The notes: generated from the sequence alone by a model not told the origin. A DNA stretch of 64,000 nucleotides from Methanomassiliicoccales archaeon (GCA_030593885.1 JAUVGH010000004.1:13783-77782); one strand, 5' to 3'. Numbered from the stretch's first letter, positions 38,315 to 48,537 are shown. Numbers and translations: made by a program.

Positions 38315-39121
38315 ATGCCTTTGAGGCCCAAGTTCAGAGAGGAAATGGTCAGTGTTGTCGTCACATTCCTAAAGGACAGCGTGGAACAGAGCGGAATGGA
38401 TGGCGTGGTCATCGGAATGAGCGGAGGCTTGGATTCGAGCCTCGTGGCGAAGCTGGCTACCGACGCATTGGGCCCCGACAAGGTGCTGGGGATTTTCCTT
38501 CCAGAATCCAGTTCGCCCCAAGAAGACGCCGAACATGCAGAGTTCTACGCCAGGTCCTTGGAAATAGGGTTTGAGACCATTCAGATCGATGATATGGTGA
38601 AGGCTGCTCGAGAGGCCGCCGGGGGTTCGACCGACAAAGTCGTTCTCGCCAATATGAAGGCAAGGGCCAGGATGGTAATCCTGTACCAGAGGGCCAATTC
38701 TCAGAACCGGCTGGTTCTGGGCACGGGCAACAAGAGCGAGCTCATGGTGGGTTACTTCACCAAGTTCGGGGACGGTGGCTGCGATCTGCTCCCCATAGGC
38801 GACATCTACAAGACCCAGATCAAGGAGATGGCCGAGTTCCTCGGGCTGCCAAAAGAGATAATCATCAAACCGCCTTCGGCCGGACTGTGGGATGGCCAGA
38901 CCGACGAAGTGGAGCTTGGGATAAGCTACCAGGAACTGGATTCAATACTCCTCGGGGTAGAACTGAGCATGGACGATGATGAGATCTCGGAAAGGACCAG
39001 TCATCCGGTCTCTGAGGTTGCCAGGATAAGGTCCATGGTAAAACGCACCGCCCACAAGAGGAAGACACCGCTGATACCCAAGATAGGCATCAAGACCATT
39101 GGATTGGACTGGCGAGAATAG
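38315..39121 (+). CDS. nadE: NH3-dependent NAD+ synthetase
   Basis: GMSGGLDS, NMKARARM, GTGNKSE, GYFTKFGDG, PSAGLW.GQTDE. Confidence 0.96.
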   Translation: MPLRPKFREEMVSVVVTFLKDSVEQSGMDGVVIGMSGGLDSSLVAKLATDALGPDKVLGIFLPESSSPQEDAEHAEFYARSLEIGFETIQIDDMVKAAREAAGGSTDKVVLANMKARARMVILYQRANSQNRLVLGTGNKSELMVGYFTKFGDGGCDLLPIGDIYKTQIKEMAEFLGLPKEIIIKPPSAGLWDGQTDEVELGISYQELDSILLGVELSMDDDEISERTSHPVSEVARIRSMVKRTAHKRKTPLIPKIGIKTIGLDWRE

Positions 39122-39731
39122 GCGCGTCCCGCCGTTGGATGAAGCCGTTCAGGATTTCCACGAACCTCAAACGGTCCTCCACGTCTATTATCACCTCTTC
39201 GGCCCTCTTGCCCATAACCATCGGAAAGCGCGTCGGTTCCTTGAGCGTTATCTTGACGAGTCCGAACTTGGAGCTGGTGACGTACACCTTTCTGTGTGTA
39301 ATGGAGAACTTGACTCCCACCTTGCTCGGCTCATCCGTAGTCTCCACCGATTCGATGTCCTCCACTCGTATGGTCGTCTTGAAGTACCATCCCTGCCTGA
39401 GTACGAGTTTCTCCGACGTCAGTTTGTGTGAGGTCAAGAAGGGTGAGATCGAGGATATCACTATGTAGACACCGAGAAGACCAACGATGATCGCGGAGTA
39501 CAGCAACTTGATATCCAGGAAGAAAGAGGAGAGAACCACTACAACCAACATCACCATGATGGTCTGGAGCACCAATCTCTGAAGGTAGACGCCCTTTGCG
39601 TAGGAGAATTCAACCGATCTGGGAAGGTCTATCGGAGGACGGGGTTCTATCTCCAACCGCACTTCCGGGGGTTCCAGCTCTTCGGTCTGCCCAGCCGGCA
39701 TCTTCACCAAATGCGCCTTTCGTTTGACCAT
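39090..39731 (-). CDS. Hypothetical 2-TM protein with a bacterial PH-like domain
   Basis: Two TM followed by LVLRQGWYF...I..EDIESV. Confidence 0.6.
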   Translation of the reverse strand: MVKRKAHLVKMPAGQTEELEPPEVRLEIEPRPPIDLPRSVEFSYAKGVYLQRLVLQTIMVMLVVVVLSSFFLDIKLLYSAIIVGLLGVYIVISSISPFLTSHKLTSEKLVLRQGWYFKTTIRVEDIESVETTDEPSKVGVKFSITHRKVYVTSSKFGLVKITLKEPTRFPMVMGKRAEEVIIDVEDRLRFVEILNGFIQRRDAPILASPIQWS

Positions 39732-39868
39732 CTATTACCTTTTGAGACGCTATACTATATTTCCTTTTTCCGTTCCATGCGCAGAATGATAACGTCTGGC
39801 AGTTTCTTGCCAAACAATTGCGAAATATTAATAAGAGGCGTCACCAATATTTCCCCCAGAGAATTTCC

Positions 39869-40585
39869 ATGGCTACGATGAGAGAATGTCCTGTTTGCGG
39901 CATACGAGTCAAGTTGGAGAACCTCGAAGGTCATCTGAAGAAGGTCCATCCGAATGCAAAGGTGGACGCGGTTCTGTCCGAGGACGACAAGACCGACATC
40001 AGAATCGCTAAGAAGAAGGTGAAGAAGACCGGCCAGCCTTTCGAGGACCGTGAACGGAAGAGATGGATGGCGGCCGGCCTCGTCATAGTGGTCATCGTTG
40101 TTGCGATTATTTTCATCTTCTCAACCTTGCCCCAAGGCGGTCCTGGGTGCGATCTTGAAGGCGAAGATGCGATACTCTTCACGATAGGAGATGTGGATGG
40201 AATCGCGTATGATCTCAATGCACATATCGGGTCGAAGCCCATACTGATTGAGTTCTTCGCCACGGGATGCTCAGCCTGCGTTTCCATGGCACCTGTGATG
40301 CACGATTTGTATGAATACTATGGATGGGGTGAGGATGTCGAGTTCGTGGCCATCTCATCGAGCAGTGAAGACTCTATTGCGGCCGTCAGAGGCTTCAGGG
40401 ACATCCAATCTTCGAACTGGACTCATATATGGGATTCCAGCTTCGGTCTGGCTAGCGACTACTGCGTCCCTGGAACACCAACCTTTGTATTGATAGACAC
40501 TGACGGAACCATCGCAAAGTGGTGGTACAAGACTCGGGATTACAACACCATGATAGACATCATAGACCCTGTCGTGCAGGGTTGA
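39869..40585 (+). CDS. Membrane-anchored TlpA/thioredoxin-like protein with an N-terminal C2H2 zinc finger
   Basis: CPVC...HLKKVH, TM, EFFATGCSAC, GTPTFVLID..G.I. Confidence 0.8.
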   Translation: MATMRECPVCGIRVKLENLEGHLKKVHPNAKVDAVLSEDDKTDIRIAKKKVKKTGQPFEDRERKRWMAAGLVIVVIVVAIIFIFSTLPQGGPGCDLEGEDAILFTIGDVDGIAYDLNAHIGSKPILIEFFATGCSACVSMAPVMHDLYEYYGWGEDVEFVAISSSSEDSIAAVRGFRDIQSSNWTHIWDSSFGLASDYCVPGTPTFVLIDTDGTIAKWWYKTRDYNTMIDIIDPVVQG

Positions 40586-40596
40586 AGGGGTTCATC

Positions 40597-41064
40597 ATGT
40601 TCGAGTTCTTGACGAAGAGGAGAATCCACAATGAAGCGAACATTCTGCTTTTCACGGCAATCCTCTCCCTTCTCGGTGTTTTCATAGCAGGCTACCTTGT
40701 GTATGACCACTACAATCCTGGTGCACTTTTCTGCCCGGAAGAAGGGTGGATAGACTGCGGTGCGGTCACTCATGGTGAATACAACAACATCTTCGGGATA
40801 CCTCTTGCACATCTCGGCCTCGTCGGGATGGTGCTCACCTTCTTCTTCGCGGCTCTCAGGCTCAAGCATTGGAGCAGAGACTACACCGAGAACTTCTTCG
40901 TGATCGTCCTCGTTCTTTCCTTTTTGGGAGCCATCTTCTGCTGGTACCTCACCTATCTGGAGCTCTTTGTCATCAAGTCCATATGCATTTACTGTTTCAC
41001 CGAGTTCATCCTCATCACGATAATCTTCGGCGCTTGTCTCTACGGCTTTCTCAAAGGAGATTAG
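40597..41064 (+). CDS. Vitamin K epoxide reductase (VKOR) family protein
   Basis: Loop cysteine pair FC...DC, FGIPLA.LG, YLTYLELFVIKSICIYC. Confidence 0.9.
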   Translation: MFEFLTKRRIHNEANILLFTAILSLLGVFIAGYLVYDHYNPGALFCPEEGWIDCGAVTHGEYNNIFGIPLAHLGLVGMVLTFFFAALRLKHWSRDYTENFFVIVLVLSFLGAIFCWYLTYLELFVIKSICIYCFTEFILITIIFGACLYGFLKGD

Positions 41065-41189
41065 TGTCTCATTTCCATCTAAGAAAACCTTTAGTATTGA
41101 GGTCGCTATACCCCAACTCCACTCGGGACAATCAGAAATTATCCGAGAAGAAGGCATCAATTCCTCGACGTTTAGAAAGGGGGAGGGGA

Positions 41190-42431
41190 ATGGAGAACAG
41201 CGTATTCGAGCCCTATCTGGAAAGGGAATCCGTGTTCAAGAAGGACAGGGATATCCTTAGGCCCTCATATATCCCAGAGAACCTGCCGCACAGGGAGAAA
41301 CAGATAGACCAGATCGCATCCATTTTAGCAACCGCACTCCGCGGGGAGAGACCTTCCAACATCCTGATATTCGGAAAGACGGGGACCGGAAAGACGGCCG
41401 TCATCAAGTACATGGGGAACGAGATCTCCAAGGCGGACGAGAGGGAGAGGGTGAGCTTCCTTTACATGAACTGCGAGATAGTCGACACTCCTTACGCGAT
41501 CCTCCAGAACATCGGCAACAGGTTCGTGCAGGATTTCGACGACAGGATCCCGTTCACGGGTTGGTCGATAGAAAGGGTGTACAACATCCTCAGGGAGAAG
41601 ATAGACGAGGAGAAGAGGGTGGTCATCGTCGTCCTCGACGAGATCGACAAGCTGGTGACCAAGAGCGGTGACGATATCCTGTATCACCTGTCCAAGATAA
41701 ACGACGATTTGAAGAAGACCAAGATAAGTCTGATAGGCATCTCGAACGATCTGAAGTTCACGGAGTTCCTGGACCCGAGGGTCAAGAGCAGGCTCAGCGA
41801 CGAGAAGCTGGTCTTCCCGCCTTACAACGCCAACGAGCTGAGGGACATTCTGCAGCAGAGGTCCAATCTGGCCTTTGAGAACGGGGTCATCGATGACGGT
41901 GTCATTTCATTGTGCGCCGCATTGGCAGCTCAGGAGCACGGTGATGCAAGGAGGGCTCTCGACCTGCTGCGGGTGGCCGCGGAGCTGGTGGAAAGGTCCG
42001 GGAGCGACAAGATAACCGAGCATCATGTCAGAAAGGCAAAGAACAAGATAGAACTGGATTGTGTTCTGGAAGCAACGAGATCCCTGCCCACACAGTCCAA
42101 GCTGGTACTTCTCGGCATCATACTCAGCGAGGAAAGGAACGGCACCAGGCTCACGACAGGGGATGTCTTCTCCGCGTACAGGGAACTGGCAAGGAAGGCA
42201 GGTGTCTCCAACCTCACCCAGAGGAGGGTCACCGACCTCATCTCCGAACTTGATATGCTGGGCCTTGTGAATGCCAGGGTGAAGTCATTTGGCAGGGGCG
42301 GCAGGACCAAGGAGATCCAGTCGAGCGTCCCCATACTCGAGACAAAAAGGGTACTTGAGAAGGACGAGGTCCTGAAAGGGATGAAGAACTACCATCTAAA
42401 GAACCAAACGACGCTGCTAGGTCTCAAGTGA
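41190..42431 (+). CDS. cdc6: ORC1/Cdc6 replication initiator
   Basis: YIPENLPHRE, GKTGTGKT, VLDEID, DPRVKSRL, HGDARRALDLLR, C-terminal wHTH GRGGRT. Confidence 0.97.
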   Translation: MENSVFEPYLERESVFKKDRDILRPSYIPENLPHREKQIDQIASILATALRGERPSNILIFGKTGTGKTAVIKYMGNEISKADERERVSFLYMNCEIVDTPYAILQNIGNRFVQDFDDRIPFTGWSIERVYNILREKIDEEKRVVIVVLDEIDKLVTKSGDDILYHLSKINDDLKKTKISLIGISNDLKFTEFLDPRVKSRLSDEKLVFPPYNANELRDILQQRSNLAFENGVIDDGVISLCAALAAQEHGDARRALDLLRVAAELVERSGSDKITEHHVRKAKNKIELDCVLEATRSLPTQSKLVLLGIILSEERNGTRLTTGDVFSAYRELARKAGVSNLTQRRVTDLISELDMLGLVNARVKSFGRGGRTKEIQSSVPILETKRVLEKDEVLKGMKNYHLKNQTTLLGLK

Positions 42432-43562
42432 TTCCTCGGATTCTTCTTCCGATTCCTCTTCAATGATCTCTTCTTCAGAATCTTCAACTTCGCTCTCAAC
42501 TTCGTCTTCTTCGGATGGAGGTTCCTCTTTCTCCTTCGCTTCTTCCCTGAGCGCCTTGTTCTGCTTGTGCCTCTGATAGAACCCAAGACCAACGTCCAAA
42601 GCGATCGGCACTGCAATCAGAACCACCAGGGAGACGATCAGAGAGGTCCAGCTGATGTCCGCTGCGCATCCCCTCTCGCTGGCTACTGAGCACACCTTGC
42701 CCCACGGGATGTCGCCGCTAACTGAGAGCTTTATGAGACCGAACCAGGGCAGTTCCCCCCTTGCCTTCCCGATGATCCAGTCGTGCTTGATCAGGTTGTT
42801 GTCAGGATGATCGTTGTTATCCCCCATGGCAATGAATCCACCGTCGTTCCAGTCGTCGTCTTTCTTGATGTCGCCTAGTAGGTTTTGGAGATTCAATGTC
42901 ACGTTGAAGCTGCGATAGGCCGAATCTAATCTCAAGGTCAGTGTATAGTTCATGTTCCTCGGCTCGTAAACGGGGATTCTTGGTCGTCCGGACCCATTTC
43001 CGTTTTCTCCCTCCCAGTTGACCCCGTTCACCCAATAGTCGCACTCCAGGCTGGGCACGTCGAAGCTGTTGTTGGTCGTCGTGTTGAACTCCAGCCATAT
43101 CAGGGCTCTGTGGATGATTGGCTTGTCACCGCCGCCCATCTGATTGTAGATTATCACATCCCCCGAGTCGCCGTACGTTGAGTGACCTGAACACTTGCCT
43201 TGAACGTAGGCCTCAACCTCTTTGTAGGAATTGGTGGTCTGCACTATCACGAGGTCCCCGGTGTCTATGACGCCGACAGAGCTGGAAAAATCGTCATGCT
43301 GCATGCTACTGCTCTCAACGACAACTATGGGCGGCCAAACCCCGGAATAGGCCCAGAGGGCCACGAAGACCAGGAAGACGACAAGCAACGCGATCCCAAC
43401 GTCCCTGAGGACCAGCAGTGCCGATCTCACCCAGTTCTTACGTCTCTTGGGCTCATCCTCTCCTTCTTCCGATTCTTCGATCTCTTCCTCTTCCGGAGAG
43501 CTCACGTCGGTTGTTTCCATATCCTCGCTCTCGGCGAGTTCGTTATCCTCTTGTTCATCCAT
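42417..43562 (-). CDS. S26 (SEC11-type) signal peptidase with a large insert and acidic termini
   Basis: VVESSSMQH, DTGD, PIIHRA, GDNN, IGKARGELPW.G. Confidence 0.85.
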   Translation of the reverse strand: MDEQEDNELAESEDMETTDVSSPEEEEIEESEEGEDEPKRRKNWVRSALLVLRDVGIALLVVFLVFVALWAYSGVWPPIVVVESSSMQHDDFSSSVGVIDTGDLVIVQTTNSYKEVEAYVQGKCSGHSTYGDSGDVIIYNQMGGGDKPIIHRALIWLEFNTTTNNSFDVPSLECDYWVNGVNWEGENGNGSGRPRIPVYEPRNMNYTLTLRLDSAYRSFNVTLNLQNLLGDIKKDDDWNDGGFIAMGDNNDHPDNNLIKHDWIIGKARGELPWFGLIKLSVSGDIPWGKVCSVASERGCAADISWTSLIVSLVVLIAVPIALDVGLGFYQRHKQNKALREEAKEKEEPPSEEDEVESEVEDSEEEIIEEESEEESEESLET

Positions 43563-43639
43563 CTGGACCACTGGGAGTCATGGAATATTTTCCGTAGCGT
43601 ATAAATAACTTCGTAAACTGAATTGCCCAGAGCACCCAA

Positions 43640-45109
43640 CTAGAACTCCTTTATCCTGGCTCTTCCGGTCTGCAGGCTCACTATGGGCACCATTGCTGGT
43701 ATGGGGTCGATGTTCCTCATCTTCTGGTACGTGGTCTGCGTCTGCCATGTGGAAGCGTTGATGAGCCTGACTCCCTTGTACTCGTCCACCCCCACCCAGT
43801 GAACGTGCCCGGTGACGAAGATATCCGGTACCGAGTCGATGATCAGGTAGTCCTCCTTCTCGGGAGCTATGGCCGTCTTGCCCCCATAGGTCGGCGCGAC
43901 GTGTCTCTTGTTGAGCATCTCGATCATGGATGCCAACGGGTTCTCATAGGTTAGCGAGGGGACAGCGCTTATGAAGTCGTCTATCCCTTTCCCGTGATAT
44001 ATCAGGACCTCCACTCCGTGCAATAGTATGGTGCTGGGATTCCCCACGAAGGTGACCTCCGAAGGAAGCAGCTTCGTTATGTTGTTCGGGAGCGCCGGTT
44101 GAGGTTCCGCCGGCCTGACGGCGTCGTGGTTACCAGGTGATATGACGATCTTGATGTGGTCCGGCACCGCCTCCAACAGCCGAGCCAGTTCCTCGTACTG
44201 CTCATAGATATCGTGTATCAGAAGCTCCTCTTCCTGTCTTGGGTAGATACCTATTCCGTCCACCATGTCCCCAGGCATCACCATGTACTTGATGGAGGAT
44301 GAGATCTCATCGCCGTTGTTCAGCCACTTCATGAACTTGTCCCACTTGTCCTGCATGAAGGCGTTGCTGCCGACGTGAATGTCCCCGACGAAAGCGACCG
44401 ATATGGGGTCGTCGCATCCCGAGAACCTCTTCCTGCCTGGTATGTCAGGTCTCAGGATCCTCTCCGCTATTATCAGGTCGTTGTTCTTTCCCGGCTTCCC
44501 GATCACCCCTATCACCTCGTCCGGTACCAGGTTGGATCCGCCCGTTGCGGTGTTGGGCACGAGCACTGTAACGACATCACTACCGTCCTCCACCTCGATC
44601 ATCGTGTGTCCGCCCTTGGTGCTCCTGACTCTGTTGACGATGCATATGAACTTCATCTCGGACATCTTTCTCTTCGCCTTCGATATCTCGAGGCTGCCCC
44701 TCATCTCCCTCCGGTTCCGAACCATGTCGCCGAGCGTTTGGAACCTGTGTTTGAAGTATCTCTGAAAGTCCTTGATGGTCCCTTCGCATGTGGAGTTCCC
44801 GGTGATGTCCTTTTTTATTTCAATCTCTGAATCAAAATCTTTCGCCTTTACTGCGCTCGTCTTCTTCGGCTCGGGAGGCCTGATCTCTTCGACCTTCTTG
44901 GAGGCCCTGTATTTCTTTGCGACCTCCCTTACGATTGACTCGACCTTGAGCACATCTTCCATCGTCACCATGAATGTCCCGCCATCCAAGTTGGAGAAGA
45001 ACTGCTCCGCGAAGTCCATCGGATCCTCCCGAGAAAGCATGTGTTCTATGACCTCTGGCTCGACGAGGGTGCCCCTTTGGGTGAAGAGATTTAAAAGACG
45101 ATGCCTCAT
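43640..45109 (-). CDS. polB: DNA polymerase D small (proofreading) subunit DP1
   Basis: OB fold plus GDIHVGS, GDMVDGIGIYP, PGNHDAVR.AEPQP, YHG, RH.APTYG, GHVH. Confidence 0.96.
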   Translation of the reverse strand: MRHRLLNLFTQRGTLVEPEVIEHMLSREDPMDFAEQFFSNLDGGTFMVTMEDVLKVESIVREVAKKYRASKKVEEIRPPEPKKTSAVKAKDFDSEIEIKKDITGNSTCEGTIKDFQRYFKHRFQTLGDMVRNRREMRGSLEISKAKRKMSEMKFICIVNRVRSTKGGHTMIEVEDGSDVVTVLVPNTATGGSNLVPDEVIGVIGKPGKNNDLIIAERILRPDIPGRKRFSGCDDPISVAFVGDIHVGSNAFMQDKWDKFMKWLNNGDEISSSIKYMVMPGDMVDGIGIYPRQEEELLIHDIYEQYEELARLLEAVPDHIKIVISPGNHDAVRPAEPQPALPNNITKLLPSEVTFVGNPSTILLHGVEVLIYHGKGIDDFISAVPSLTYENPLASMIEMLNKRHVAPTYGGKTAIAPEKEDYLIIDSVPDIFVTGHVHWVGVDEYKGVRLINASTWQTQTTYQKMRNIDPIPAMVPIVSLQTGRARIKEF

Positions 45110-45186
45110 TCTAAACCATATTCTAAACCGGCTACTATAAACTTTGCTACCGCAAACTTTTGTATCGAGTCGCCTTTCCGAGATAC

Positions 45187-45558
45187 GTGTTCCGTGTTGT
45201 CGTCAGGACGATATGCAGGCCCACCGAGAACCTCGATATGGTGATGAGGAGCATGTTAAACATCTTTCCCGATCTTCAGATCGAAGTGGCCGATGAAGAG
45301 CTCGTAGGAACCTCCGGATCGGTCGATAATCTCGAGGAGCTATTGAGAAAACAGAAGATAAGGTCCGCAGCAAGGACCGTCTTTCGCAGGTCTGTCGAAG
45401 GCGACAAGCTCAGGTTCCGATTGAACAAGCAGGTCGCATGCGTCGGCAAGGTGAATTTCGCCGAGAGCTCCCCGTTGGGCGACATTGAGGTGACCATCGA
45501 GGACGACGATATCGAAGGGCTCATAGACAGGATCGCGCCCCGATTGCAGGAGGGCTAG
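45187..45558 (+). CDS. UPF0201/DUF54 putative RNA-binding protein
   Basis: PTE...V...NIFP, QKIR.AAR, LNKQVA..GKVNF, PLG.I.V. Confidence 0.85.
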   Translation: MFRVVVRTICRPTENLDMVMRSMLNIFPDLQIEVADEELVGTSGSVDNLEELLRKQKIRSAARTVFRRSVEGDKLRFRLNKQVACVGKVNFAESSPLGDIEVTIEDDDIEGLIDRIAPRLQEG

Positions 45559-45559
45559 A

Positions 45560-46321
45560 ATGATCTCGGTCTCTTCTTACGCTGCGCTCTCACCCTTGGC
45601 CCTCGAGGAAGCCTTCAAGCTTGTATCCAGGGACTTCGACGGGTGGGAGATCGTGGGGGAAGGCGTACACACCATTACGGACATCCTGCCGGAGCTTGAG
45701 AGGCTCATCCCGTCCTACGACCTGCAGCTGTCCCTCCACGCGCCATTCTCGGATGTGAACATCGGTTCGTTCAATTCGAGGATACGGGAGGAAGCCCTGA
45801 GGCAGGTGATCGAGGCCATCCAGGTCGCCGATGGCGTGGGAATGAAGACGGCCACCGTCCATCCGGGTTTCTTTTCTCCTCTCAGCTTCTCCAGTCCAAA
45901 GAAGGTCTTGGACATCACCCGAGAATCCATACGGCTGATCGATTCCAGCATTCAGGGACTGGGGATAAAGGTCGGAGTGGAGAATATGCCAAATATGGTC
46001 GTCACCACCTGCCATAGGGTCCAGGACCTGCTCTACGTGATCGATGGTACCGACATTGGAATATGCTTTGACGTTGGTCATGCGAACACCACCGGCGAAA
46101 CTGAGAACTTCCTTCAATACTCGGACAGGTTCCTCAACGTTCATCTCCACGACAACGACGGTGGGAGCGATCCCCACCTGCCCATGGGCGCCGGTACGGT
46201 CGATTTTGAATCCGTCATCGGAGAACTCTCGGATTACACAGGGACCTTCGTGCTTGAATCGAGGTCATACGACGATGCCCTGGCCGGAAAGGCTTTTCTG
46301 GAGAAGCTTCTCGCTAGGTGA
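45560..46321 (+). CDS. Sugar-phosphate isomerase/epimerase-like TIM barrel (AP endonuclease 2 family)
   Basis: HAPFSDVN, HPG, ENMP, DVGHA, HLHDNDG..D.H, LE. Confidence 0.85.
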   Translation: MISVSSYAALSPLALEEAFKLVSRDFDGWEIVGEGVHTITDILPELERLIPSYDLQLSLHAPFSDVNIGSFNSRIREEALRQVIEAIQVADGVGMKTATVHPGFFSPLSFSSPKKVLDITRESIRLIDSSIQGLGIKVGVENMPNMVVTTCHRVQDLLYVIDGTDIGICFDVGHANTTGETENFLQYSDRFLNVHLHDNDGGSDPHLPMGAGTVDFESVIGELSDYTGTFVLESRSYDDALAGKAFLEKLLAR

Positions 46322-47654
46322 TGTAGCCGCACCTGAGGCAATGGAAGTGTCCGTCCTTGTATGTAGCCGCTCTCCAGGCGCATCTCGGACAAGCGTATCC
46401 CGTCTGAGTTTGTTGCTGAGGCATCTGGGTCTGCGGTCCTGGTTGCGCCTGTCCTGCCTCCAGCGTCCTCGCGGTCGACTGGGCGGTCCGGAACATCCTC
46501 ATCACGAACGTCACCGTCAGCACCAATCCAACAAAAGCGACGAATAGGGTGAAGATCACCCCCAAGGTCAGAAGCGGCAAGTTCCCTGTGACCGATGCCA
46601 GGTAGTTCAGCGCAATGTTGTAGTTCCATATGAAGTGGAACATGATGGAGGCGATTATCCCCTTTTTCAGGAAGAGGTATCCGAGTATCAGACCCCCCAC
46701 GAACAAGGGAGGGAAGACCCACGGACCGCCGCTGAAGGTGTGAGCCGCGCCGAACATTATCGCAGAGAACAGGAGGAAGGTCAGTTCAAGTACTCCAAGT
46801 TTGAAACCTCCGCCGATGAAGTATCTCAACGGGCGGTCCACCATCTTGTTCCTTACCAGGGCTATCACGAAAAGGGGCACACCGATCAGAAGCGTCCTTG
46901 AGATCAGCTCCTCCCACACCGCAGCACTTGAGACCAGAGAAAGGAAGAACCAGGGCGGACTTATCTCGGTCTCTGTCGGCAAGACCCCTTCCCCGAACAG
47001 GATCAGGATGACCAAGTTGTATCCCACGTTGAAGAAGATCCCGAATGCGAAAAGCTGTCCGATCCTCAGCAAGGTGCTCTTGGACCTGACCGAGAACCAG
47101 CCTTTTTTGAGAGCCCTCTTGAAGTCGTCAATCACGACCGGCATGTCCTTGTAGAACAGCCAGAAGAAGCACGATGAGATGACCACCACCACGAACAGGT
47201 AGTAGACCAAGAACGCAAAGCCGCCGAACGGTTCCAGTATGGATATTGGTGCGGGCGTGATGATCAGGAGCGCCATCTTGCAGTCCGCACACGCATCTTC
47301 CAGTATTCCGGGAACTATCTCCGAGAGACCTCCCCACAGGAGCCCCATGAAGATCAGCACAGCGGCCAGGAAGATGCCGAAGTACAGGATCATGGAACCC
47401 GCGAATATCTTCCCGAAGTCGTCACCCGACCTGGTGGGCGCAGTATACTGGTAGATGACCGGACCTGTCGGTGTCTGCTGCAGTCCGCAGTGCGAGCAGA
47501 AAGAACCCCTCATGAGATGACCGCACCTCGGGCAACGCGTTTCAACACGGGGAGCCGGAGCCTTGGCGGGAGCGCCGCAATTGGTACAATAAGTTCCTTC
47601 AAACTCAACTCCACACCTGGTACAATACATCCGGTTTACGATAGTTGGTGGCAT
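46314..47654 (-). CDS. CPBP (Abi/CAAX) intramembrane metalloprotease with N- and C-terminal zinc ribbons
   Basis: WEELISR, FGAAH, HFIWN; CxxC pairs at both termini. Confidence 0.85.
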   Translation of the reverse strand: MPPTIVNRMYCTRCGVEFEGTYCTNCGAPAKAPAPRVETRCPRCGHLMRGSFCSHCGLQQTPTGPVIYQYTAPTRSGDDFGKIFAGSMILYFGIFLAAVLIFMGLLWGGLSEIVPGILEDACADCKMALLIITPAPISILEPFGGFAFLVYYLFVVVVISSCFFWLFYKDMPVVIDDFKRALKKGWFSVRSKSTLLRIGQLFAFGIFFNVGYNLVILILFGEGVLPTETEISPPWFFLSLVSSAAVWEELISRTLLIGVPLFVIALVRNKMVDRPLRYFIGGGFKLGVLELTFLLFSAIMFGAAHTFSGGPWVFPPLFVGGLILGYLFLKKGIIASIMFHFIWNYNIALNYLASVTGNLPLLTLGVIFTLFVAFVGLVLTVTFVMRMFRTAQSTARTLEAGQAQPGPQTQMPQQQTQTGYACPRCAWRAATYKDGHFHCLRCGYIT

Positions 47655-47834
47655 ATTTAATCTGTATGGTTTCAGTATCTGGAAGGTCTCTCAAAGCCGC
47701 GTTCTGGCTGTCCATAACTCCCAAATATTTATAAGCCCGAAAAATAGTCAAGGGTAGCTCATAAGTGCGACAACGGAAAACAATGCACGCAGCGGTCCTT
47801 GACAACCGTGTGCGTGACGGACGGAGGCACTAAA

Positions 47835-48083
47835 ATGGAACCAGAAAGAAGAGGAGACGTCAAATTCGAGACCGTGAGCGCTGACACAGTGGCTTTTGGA
47901 AAGAACAATTTCCTAGAGGTGGCCAGGAAGAAGGCCATAACAGAAGATGGCGAGAACGAGTTCATCTCCCTCTCGAGAGGTTATTATCTTTCCGACGGAA
48001 GCGCCCGGTTCAAGAGGTCTCTCACCATACCCGACGAAGAGGAAATAAAGGAATTCGTGGCAGAGAAGATCAGAACGCTCTAA
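47835..48083 (+). CDS. Small conserved-looking hypothetical protein (possible PC4-like fold)
   Basis: GGAGG RBS, upstream TTTATAA, host-like codon use; four predicted beta strands then a helix. Confidence 0.75.
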   Translation: MEPERRGDVKFETVSADTVAFGKNNFLEVARKKAITEDGENEFISLSRGYYLSDGSARFKRSLTIPDEEEIKEFVAEKIRTL

Positions 48084-48378
48084 GATAAGTGCAGACCTGT
48101 TCTATCATATGATTGTCGGAGGGTCGATAGATGAGCCCATGGTCTTTGGTATCTGGTATTCTCAATGATGATAACCACCCAGGGATTATATACTGCTGAG
48201 CCGATTGATGGACGAAATCTCAGAGGGGGCGAATCAAGGACTGGTCGGTTTCAACCTTAGGCTCATGGAGGAGGATTTTTTTGGCCAATATTAGTCCTAT
48301 GCCTTCCGCTACGCCCTCCTCCTATCTTTCTTCTCAAATGATCGATTTCTGATGTCCCCTCAACGGGATGAACTCCCC

Positions 48379-48537
48379 TCAGGCCTTCGCGACCGTCATC
48401 TGGCCCTTGATCGAAGTAGACATTTTCTTGACTTTCGAGAAGTACTCAGGTAGCCTGGATTCGTCAAGTTTCCCACGAAGACCTCTGCAACACTTTCCAC
48501 AGTCTGGGATGCATTCGAATGTTCTTCTCTCGCCCAT
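48379..48537 (-). pseudogene. Fragment resembling the N-terminus of a YkgJ-type cysteine-cluster protein
   Basis: FECIPDCGKCC then a stop after 52 aa; downstream cysteine motifs not found. Confidence 0.45.

Noticed and set aside
48165-48224. C/D-box sRNA (ATGATGA...CTGA...TTGATGG...CAGA)
   Set aside because: Guide lengths of 24 and 9 nt are atypical and the terminal D box is imperfect.
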